This document shows positions 28,117-37,600 of a stretch of 64,000 bases of DNA, one piece after another. Both the position numbers and the translations under genes were made by a program. Positions within the stretch are counted from its first letter, which is position 1, and each line of letters begins with the position of its first letter. The notes under the pieces were generated by a model, which did no database searches, had not been told where the DNA came from, and worked only from the letters and a program-made list of their open reading frames with translations. The stretch is from positions 62,001 through 126,000 of the IMG/VR virus record IMGVR_UViG_3300045135_002615; one strand, written 5' to 3'.

Positions 28117-29003
28117 CAGAGAGCCGTGAACTCCTCCTCACCTGTAGGGGCATCGTCCAAGAGACACTGATAAAGGGTCGTCGGAGGTCTGATCCCCTTA
28201 TGACTATTGAAGTCAGGCACGAACACCCCATCTCTTTCAAGGGGGTTGTAGTACTCTAAGTCTATGTTCGTAACGATGTGGCTCAAGTGATTAGAATCAA
28301 GCATGATTGAAGGATCAAAGTCCTCAAGAACCAAAACCGAACCTGAGAGAGCATTGACTAGTAGCTCGTCCCTCTCTCGGATAAGTTGCTCTCTCAAGTC
28401 ACAGAGCTTCAGTATCCTCGCTTCAAGGTTATTCCTCAAGTGGCTGATCTCTTGAGCAAAGACCTTCTTTACCTTGCGTATCTGACCACCGATCTGATCA
28501 GCTTCTGGGAAGATGTTGGCTTCATTAGAACCGAGCTTACGAGGAGGGTATTTCCATAAGGGCAACCACCCACTCGTATCAACACCTTCAAACTCATCAT
28601 TAGACTCAGGGTACACAACCCCCCCATAAGGCTGTGTCTCTAAAACCCTGAACTCCCCTACTCTCCTCGTGTCATCATCAAAACGACCTTCTGTAAGGTC
28701 TTCGATGAAACGAAATGAGTCAGGGTGGAGGAACATAGAGATGTCAAAGGGGTTACCTCCTTGTGCAATATACGCACGCATGAGCTTCCCTAGTGATGTG
28801 TTAGGATCAACGACAAATCCGTCCCTTGCCTCGGTGCAGGAGTCCCCCTCCACCTTGTAGGCAATAGACACATTACCTATACGAGCAAGTTCAGCGTTAA
28901 TCAACGCAACCCTTGAAGGAGTGTTCTGTCTCTGTAGAAGAACGAACCTTCTAAACTCTAACCATGACCCATGACGAAACATACAAGTCCATCCGAAGCT
29001 CAT
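28116..29003 (-). CDS. Putative virion structural protein, 295 aa
   Basis: Last gene of the tightly coupled 28-41 kb operon; AGGAG SD. Confidence 0.65.
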   Translation of the reverse strand: MSFGWTCMFRHGSWLEFRRFVLLQRQNTPSRVALINAELARIGNVSIAYKVEGDSCTEARDGFVVDPNTSLGKLMRAYIAQGGNPFDISMFLHPDSFRFIEDLTEGRFDDDTRRVGEFRVLETQPYGGVVYPESNDEFEGVDTSGWLPLWKYPPRKLGSNEANIFPEADQIGGQIRKVKKVFAQEISHLRNNLEARILKLCDLREQLIRERDELLVNALSGSVLVLEDFDPSIMLDSNHLSHIVTNIDLEYYNPLERDGVFVPDFNSHKGIRPPTTLYQCLLDDAPTGEEEFTAL

Positions 29004-29004
29004 A

Positions 29005-31428
29005 TCAATCTCCTAACAAGGCTTTGAAGAGGTCTATCAGCGTGGTCGGTAAACCTCCCGCAACAACCATCGCTCCTGTGCCGTACCCGTTGTTGATAGG
29101 GGGCTTGTTCTGAGCTCCCATGATAGAGGTTACAAGACCTGCCGTACCATCTGAGATATGGTAAGTGGCGTAGATCCCTTCAGGGAGTCTGAAGTTTAAA
29201 ATGGCATCTATGATAGCTTTGATCTTAGCTATAAACTGCTGTAGTTGAGCGAGGCGTACTTGAAGCCTTTGTATGAACTTAACGACCTCACCCACAATCG
29301 TGTCTAAGCCTGCTACCAAACCCTTCAAGAACAACTTAGTCTCATCCATGAAGCTCAAAAACCCTGCAAGGTCAGTCTCGTAGAAGGGTCGGTAGTTAAT
29401 CCAATCACCTCTGTTCTCCTCACTGACCCCGACAGCAAGTATGCCAAAGCCATTGGTGATTACATCTGCTATGCCTGGTAGATCAAGAACAACTTTCTGT
29501 ACGGCATTGTCGGTAAGCACAAGGCGGAGATATGGGCTCTCATAGTACAGCCCACTACTAATGAACTTGCGAGAATTAGGCAGCCCGTAATCCTGCTGTT
29601 GATCCTCCCATGTGAAGCCGTTGTCCCGCCCATGAGAGAAGCTATAGATGACACCCTCATAATGAACCCCGCCCGAGGTTCCCGTCTTGAAGTATCCGTC
29701 TGCGTCATCTCCCTCTTTTGTCTTCTCAAGTATCTCATAGAGGTTGTACCTATAGTCGTTGATAGCCTCCACCATTGAAGATACACTCGAAAGTGATGAA
29801 GGTGTGGTGGTGTTGAACACCGCTTTGTCTACTAAATAAATAACCCTACTTGCGAAGCTCTCCCTTGAGAGATCAGCTCTAGCATAGAGATATTTACCAC
29901 ACTCCATGTACCCACTAAATCCCATCTTGTTGTAGATTGAGGCGATGTCACTACCATAGTCTGCAAACTCACCTAAAAGTTTATTATTCGCAGCGGTGTC
30001 CCCTACACGACACAACAAGAACGCAGCATAGAAGTTCCTCAGTGCCTTGTAGTACTCATTGAGTCTATTAGTAGGGAAGGTGAAGGTTGTCTCCCCAGAC
30101 CCTAAAGTCAACCCCTTGACTTTAGTCTTGACTTCGGGAACTACATCTATCGTGTATTCAACTAAGCCCTTAGTATTCAGCACCCTCTGCATACCATGTT
30201 GAGTAGTCGTATAGACGGCATCTTGTTCCGCTTCGAGACCATAGATGTTGACATAATATGAGTCTTGGAGGACACCTCCCACTTTTAATGCCTCTGATGG
30301 GATCTCCATACGGAACTCTGAGTCATCTGTGAAGGAGGCTAAGAGTGAAGAGTTGTCATACAAGAAGGTTCGGTAAACCTCCGATACATCTTGACCCTCT
30401 ATCTTGGAGGTGTATATATCATTGTCCCCATAGACCAATAGAGGGGAGTCATTGAAGTCAGGGGTAGGTGTCAAGTCCTTCATCAACCCCTTCTCGACAC
30501 TACCTGAAGATGGCGAGTACTTTGTATCTGAGTCTAACATCACGCTGTATAGATGAGCAGGTACGGGATCAGGGGTTGAGAGTATCTTAGGCTCTATTAC
30601 TTGAGGTTTTCCATACTCGTCATACTCAGCAGGTGTCGATGCCCTTAACACTCCTACACCTAGCTTTTCGTTCCTACTCCTAGATGACACACAAACCAAG
30701 AAGTAAGGTGGTGCAAGGCTCTCACGCAATCTTGTAGGCACACTTGAAGAAGGGGAGGAGCACTTCCATCGCACTACAACCCCATCCGCCTCTTGACCTG
30801 GCAGTCTTGGGTTTGCGGGCGTGGTCACCCCGCCAATCTTGCGGTAGTAGCCTATAGTCACTTGTGTGGGAGGTGGCGTTGAAGGTTGACTATCTTCACC
30901 TAAGAACACCTTCAAGAGCTTTTTGATGGGGAGGATGACATCCTTATAGATACGAGCGACCCCATCTGTACCCACACCCGCAAAGAAGTTCAACGCAAAA
31001 ACCTTCGTATTCTGTGTGAACGCAGGTCTTGTAGGGTCTTGCCTATTTGTCAACCTCTTGATCGCCCTCTGCTCGTATGCGGGGTAGCCCCCTTTTAAGA
31101 GTTGGAGAGGATCTCTCAGTTGCTCTCTATCGTAAGTGAAGTAAAACCCCGCGTTCCTGAAGTCCTCAATCAAGGAGTCCAAGAACGAGATGATTGCTTG
31201 AACAACCACTTTTAACGGGTCAGCTACGTCTAACAAGAAAGAAGACATCAAGTCGAGCACGCCATTGACCAACCTGAAGGTCAAGTTCAACGCTTCAAAG
31301 AAAGCGTCACTACTCTGCTTCGCAGAGATGAGTGCGTCATAGATCTCATTCTCTGCGGGGATGCCAACATGACCCCATGAGTCTCTTGATGGAGACAGAC
31401 TCCCATCTCTTGGATTAGGCTCAGCCAT
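29005..31428 (-). CDS. Putative baseplate/tail structural protein, 807 aa
   Basis: Long ORF in the operon with the giant acidic protein; helical termini, beta-rich middle. Confidence 0.65.
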   Translation of the reverse strand: MAEPNPRDGSLSPSRDSWGHVGIPAENEIYDALISAKQSSDAFFEALNLTFRLVNGVLDLMSSFLLDVADPLKVVVQAIISFLDSLIEDFRNAGFYFTYDREQLRDPLQLLKGGYPAYEQRAIKRLTNRQDPTRPAFTQNTKVFALNFFAGVGTDGVARIYKDVILPIKKLLKVFLGEDSQPSTPPPTQVTIGYYRKIGGVTTPANPRLPGQEADGVVVRWKCSSPSSSVPTRLRESLAPPYFLVCVSSRSRNEKLGVGVLRASTPAEYDEYGKPQVIEPKILSTPDPVPAHLYSVMLDSDTKYSPSSGSVEKGLMKDLTPTPDFNDSPLLVYGDNDIYTSKIEGQDVSEVYRTFLYDNSSLLASFTDDSEFRMEIPSEALKVGGVLQDSYYVNIYGLEAEQDAVYTTTQHGMQRVLNTKGLVEYTIDVVPEVKTKVKGLTLGSGETTFTFPTNRLNEYYKALRNFYAAFLLCRVGDTAANNKLLGEFADYGSDIASIYNKMGFSGYMECGKYLYARADLSRESFASRVIYLVDKAVFNTTTPSSLSSVSSMVEAINDYRYNLYEILEKTKEGDDADGYFKTGTSGGVHYEGVIYSFSHGRDNGFTWEDQQQDYGLPNSRKFISSGLYYESPYLRLVLTDNAVQKVVLDLPGIADVITNGFGILAVGVSEENRGDWINYRPFYETDLAGFLSFMDETKLFLKGLVAGLDTIVGEVVKFIQRLQVRLAQLQQFIAKIKAIIDAILNFRLPEGIYATYHISDGTAGLVTSIMGAQNKPPINNGYGTGAMVVAGGLPTTLIDLFKALLGD

Positions 31429-31621
31429 TGGGGTCTACCTTCCTGTTGGCTTGTTGCTCTTTGAGCTGTGTCTGAACTCTCTCAAGGGCATGTATCTGAG
31501 ACTGAACTTGACGAGCTTCCTTCTCATAGTAGTCCTTGAGAGCAATCAAGTTGCTCACAAAGTCCCCTAGCTGAGTACCCTCAAGGTTTGGTCTCTCTGA
31601 CTCACTCTTCCAATCACTCAT
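31421..31621 (-). CDS. Small coiled-coil protein
   Basis: Overlaps neighbours at both ends; heptad pattern. Confidence 0.6.
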   Translation of the reverse strand: MSDWKSESERPNLEGTQLGDFVSNLIALKDYYEKEARQVQSQIHALERVQTQLKEQQANRKVDPNG

Positions 31622-34600
31622 ATGATGTCCTCCAACGCTGTTAGGTCAGGGTTTTGATAGTCGATCCTATCCATGCGAGGTAAAGTACCTGTCACTCGGT
31701 TCGTCCTCGTATTAATCCATGCATACCTCTTACTCCTCATACCCATAGAAGAGATACCATTCCCTATGAGCGTAACCATACCCTCAAAGAGTGTATGCCC
31801 TTGAGCCTCAAGCTGAGGGTCTTCAACAAGTAGCCTACGATCCGTTAAAGACAGCATTGTGTCCGTGTAAGGGTACGGAGGCTCATGCGGCGTCAAAACC
31901 CCAAAAATCAGGTCATTAGATGGGTGTGTGGGGTCGTTCTCACCTACAAGGTAAATAGAGTCTGTCTGCTCATACGCAGCCCATGTCAAAGGTAGAGGCA
32001 CAAGTTGATTAAACAGCCTTACCCTCTCAGACCATGACAATACTCTCTCCCTGAAAAACAACACAACCTCCGCTAAGTTTCGATCAAGCAAGTCTCTCCT
32101 CTTAAGGATGCGATAAGAGAAGGGCTCTATGCTGTCTGAGCTTGTAGTGTATGTCCCATTGTCGATAGGAGAAGTCACCCTCAAAGGGTTCGAGGTGTCC
32201 CCATCTACAGAAGGTAGGAATATCTCATGTGGGTTTGAACTACCTGAGATAAACTCAACCGTCAAAGATGACCCGTCAACACTAATGACCCTATAGGATC
32301 CCCTGTTGTCATCTAAGGTGTTCGGCTGACCCACACCTAATGGTCCATCGCCTTGTGCAGGAGCACCCCTCTCTAATGGGGCACCCTCAAGAGCTCCTTG
32401 AGGGTCTATCACGAGATAATAATCTGAAGGTGTACCCGTGATTAGCTCAGAGAAGTCTACACTAGTGTCTTCAAGAGTATTCTCCGTAGGCACACGAGCT
32501 GTGGAACTATAGATGAGATCAAAACCATGCTCAAGGAACTCGTTGAAGCTCTGCTCTTGGGGGATCAAGTGTGTTCTTGTAGTCACCTTGAAAGATACCA
32601 TGTCACCATTAGGGTCACCCGATAATGAGATGCCTTTAGCTGAACCTGGTGTAGCCTCAACAATCTTCATCTTGAAGACCTCATCACTTGAGCTGTCGTA
32701 CATAGTGATGTAGTCACCAACCTTCAAGGCTTCATCAAAGTCACCCACTTGAGTGTCCTTGCCCCCTAGTGCCTCTACACCAAAGACATCAACCTTCTTA
32801 GAGGTGAGTGTATAGACGCCATCTGTGAAACTAAGATGGTCAACCAAACCTACCTTCTGCTCATAGAGGTTTTTGAGACCAAGTAGTGAGTTCAACATCT
32901 CAAGCATGATGCGAGAGAACCTCCTGAGCCTACGCACCTTGATCGTACTCACCTCTGTGAATGTCCAAGCAGGTAAGTTACCTAACCCAACTTCATCAGC
33001 AAGTGATCTTACTTGAGAAGTCCCATCATTAAACACCTTTGGTGTCGTACCCCTATAGTCTCTCATTAAGCGAGGGAATGCTCGATCAAGATGGATCGCT
33101 GCTTCCGCCGTGATGGTCAGAGTAAAGCTATCATTAGGCGTTAAGAACCCTTGCCCATAGGTGTTCCCTTGAGGCGTGTCTTCTATCGTAGGGAAGATAG
33201 ACTCCCATGAACCGCCTACTAAATTAGATGGGAGTAAGAGAGCTCTCATGATGCCCTCCTCATCCCTCTCAATATAACTCTCATCTACCGTGACGGATAC
33301 GGACAAACCACCCGCTAAGGTGAGGTCAATGGTTAATGGACTAGCTAATGAAGTTGGGACTTCATAAGGGAGCAAGCCTGTAGCCAAGAAGTTAAAAGGA
33401 ACCTTGTGGATGCCACAAACGACTTGACCACCTGACCCAATAACACTGTTCATCTGTTGGTAGGTGAGCTCCTCTACCTGGTTAGAGTCTACGTTGCCAT
33501 AAGTGGGGTTCTCAGTGCCATTGGCGGATGAGAAGGTGAACGTCATCGAACCGCCATTGATCGAGTCATACTTCAAGCGGATGTAAGACCGATAGAACAC
33601 TTCATCGAAGCTATTGTTCTGTGTAGACGCAGGCTGAGTCAGGTAGTTGTCATTCAAGAGGATGATGGCTTCCATCAAGCCCGACCCATTGTAGTAAAGA
33701 CTCAAGTCGCTGCTGTCTGTCACAAGCGTACCTGTACCATCACCATTATCGAGTACCTCCACTACAGTGGGGAACACTACAGGCAAGATATCGCTAGAAC
33801 CAATCTGCTCTGTGTATGTGGCACTTAACGCTGAAGGGGTTATCCTCTTGACTCGATGAACACCCGCGTTGTGACCTCGCTCAATATAGACCAAGTCACC
33901 CTCTTCAACATTAGCTAATGAACCTTCAAAAGACACAAGGTTCGTCAACTCAGCCGGGGCGGAGTCTGTTGTACCTGTTGGGTCAATCCTGCCATATTCA
34001 CCTGAACCAATGAAGATGACCTCTCCATCTCGAACCTCAGCACCTACAAACAAAGACATAGGATCGTTGGTTCGCTCAATGTCAAAGAGACTCCTTACCC
34101 TCAAGGTGTTGGCGTCAATCACATCCCATGCCTCACCTAGTCGAATATGAGAGTATCCGAAACGACTAAAGGCGTTAGCATAAGACTCAATAAGCTGTGT
34201 TCCTATGCCCCCATACTGCCATACGTTCATTAGTGACCCGTAGACATAGAATAGTGGTGTCACATCTAATGGGGCGACACCACCTCCCGCTGCCAATAAC
34301 ACAGAGGGGTCGGTGTCTGATTGTATCCATGTTGTGAAATCAGCATCTGCATCATAGAAGCTCAACCTGTCCGAGAGGACATACGAGTTAGTATTCAACC
34401 CGAACCTCATGTCGATGCGATAGTTCAAGAAGAAGTCAATAGAGAGCGTCCTCGTGTTTACCCCAATATCCGCAGTCACATCGAGGTCGATGAGGTCTGT
34501 CCATAACGTGTTAGTGATCCATGTCTCATAACCATTAAAAGGCCACTGAGGTTCCTCAGCTAAGGTCAACACATTAGGGATAGGTTGTTGGAGTACGCCA

Positions 34601-37600
34601 ATCGAGGTGGCGGAATAAGACACCGTCAAAATGTTAGTCGCAACCTCAACCACACCCGTAGGTGAAGTCGTTGAGACAATCCATGACGCCCCGTCATACC
34701 TGAACGTGATCTTGTAATGGAACTCATAAGTGGTTGGGGCATACACATGAAGGATGAACGTGCCATTAGTGTTGAACACCTTGTCCATGATGTCCCCTAC
34801 GGGAAAGCCATTACTGAACTCAAACTCCACCAACGACTGATCCCATTCAGAAGTAGCCACGTTGAAGATGAGCGTCTCTTGGAACGTCACACCCGACCCT
34901 AGACCCGAAGGCAACATGTGTACTTGAGCGTTCAAAACCTCATATGAAGCACCATCACTCGGTGTCTCAAAGAAAGGTGGACTCAACTGAGCCCCATCTA
35001 TAGACATGAGCTCCATGATGCCCGTTGCCCCACTACCATCTACCCCACTGTCATCTGGACGAAGTAGAATCAAGTCCCCCTGTCTAGGGGTCTGTTCAAT
35101 GAAGCCATTAAGGTTAGAGAAATCCTCAGATGTCACAAGATGACCACCCGTGATCTGTGTCAGATCATCACGAACCTCATCTGGGTACTCGTACTCTAGC
35201 TCACCTGAATACAAGTTCAACGTCTGTGCTGACCCCGCTTCAAAGTTGGGTTGTATCCCCTCTAATACCTCACGCTCCCCTAGCGTATTCAAGTAAGGGA
35301 GATCATGGTCTCCTGCGTCACATACATCAAGACCCTTGAGAGCAGGATACTCAAAAGGAGAGGTGTTCGTATTGTTGAACGTCACAATACCCTGTAGGGG
35401 AGCATACGCTTCCGGTACGTTCTGACCCGTCAGCTCTTGAAGGGGCCAACTTGGTTCACTCAAGCTCGGTAATGAGATGTCATAAAGCTCCCCCGTTGCT
35501 GTGTTCAACCCTACATCAACTCCGATGCGGAACGTAGAAGGTTGAGCATCAGACTCATCAAGGTCTGCTCTGTAGGAAAGAGCAAGTGTATCCCCCCTCT
35601 TGGGTACATATGTGTAAAGGTCATCCCCGTTGATCGAATACGAGGAAGGCACTCCATTAAGCACCACAAGACACCCTTGATATATCGCACCCACCCTAGC
35701 TGTCTTATATGCTGAAGCACCATCGTAAACAGCCAACTCCGCCTTGTTCAAAAGATCATGGAATACACCATCCACGCTGATCTTCAGCTTATCACCGACA
35801 CTCAACCCTCCAAAAACATGACTAGGGTCACCCGTCAATACATCAGGCGTATCTCCACCGTAAGTGATGAACTGAGAGACATCAGGATAACCTGTAGTAG
35901 AGTCTATCGGAAAGCTCTGTAGTTCCACCGCAGATAAAATGAACGTAGGCTTACCCGCTGACAATGGCTCAAAGTCCGCAAAGCCATCTCGTGAGTAGTT
36001 TACAATCCTGAATCGAGCGGGGCGGCGGGCTAACGTAAGTGAGGTGATGTCTGTAATCCGACCTTGTGCGTCATTCCCAACAAGGGCGATCACGCTGCCA
36101 TTAGTCGTTGAGTCTAAGTCACCTGGTACTCGGTAGGTGTAGTACTCTGTCCGCTCATTAAACAAGCGACTATAAATACTAGGCTCTGAAGCCCTCGCCC
36201 AACGAGCAACATAAGGGGAGACAGGCACTCCCGTAGTGAAGTCAAACACCCTAGACCTGTCCCAACCTACCATCAAGTAGTCGTCTATCTCGTTCTCCAC
36301 CAATGAACCCTGATCTTCCATCAAGGCTGTAAGCTCTCTCACATCATTGACCGACATGGGATCACTAGGCAACATATACCCTTGCTCTAAAGCACGAGCC
36401 GCCAACACTACATAACGAGGATACACCTCCATCGTTAATGGATCCTCAAAACCCGCTCCTCCCCAATCACCTGCTATCGGAAGCTCAAACTTGAACTGAC
36501 CATCATAGTCCCCAACCAAGCTCCCTGTTGCTGTTGAAAGCACACTATCTAAAGGTCTCAAGTACCCGTCATACTCCCGTATGCGATCTCTCGCCACAAA
36601 GTCATCCGCCAACAAGTCATACAGACCAAGCCCCACCCCCTTAAAGGTCTGTTCCGTAGCTACGCTCTTACCACTCGTAGTCCTTGACCTCAAAGACTCC
36701 GCCTTCAAGCGACTCGCCACAATAGACCCATATACACCCTTGTCCATAATCGTCACTTGGAACGTGTCCGGTGACTCAACTACACAACCTGCCGTCACGG
36801 GCAACCCCGTATAATCCGTAGGTACCCTCCTCTCCGTATAGCTCACACTATATCTAGGATAACTGACACGACCCCCCGCCACTTGAATAGGACTCAATAC
36901 ACCCCTTGCTGTGTGAAGGAAGTAATACTGATCACCTCCTACTACACCATCTACCAGCTCAACCTCACCCTCCCTTAACTCATAGTCACGACCCTCGATG
37001 AGTAGCGTAGCTACCCCTCCACGGTACCTAAGCAACTTGTAATCAATACCCACCACAGAGGTCGATAGGCTCAAGACCTTGTCTCCCTCAAAATAAGACG
37101 CCCTCAAGCTCACCAATAGACGAGTACCCGATGAGGTGTATGAGTGTGCCCTCACCTGACCCTCTGCAACCAAGATCGTCACACCCTCCTCTACCCTGAC
37201 CGTAGACACCCTGTAACACACACCATCCGTGATCACTAATGAGCCCGATCCCATTAACGGACTCAAGTCACCACTCAATCTCAACTCCGTACCCCGTGCT
37301 ACCGACTCTACACGCACCCCCTCAACCTGTCTAAATGATGAACGGAGCTCATACCCGTCATACACTACAACAGGTACGTTCAGCACATCAAAGCTCTCTG
37401 CCTCTAATGAACTCAGCGGCGTTGGACTCAAACCAACTTCACTCGCAGTAACGGAAGTCACAAAGAACTTTGAGAACCCTATAGAGATCAAATCACCCAC
37501 TGACACTCTGTCTCTCACGTCTACAGGACAAGTCATCGTTGACACACCACTCGACAACGAGAACTTCGGAACCTCAACTCCCGAAGACAACCTCAACACA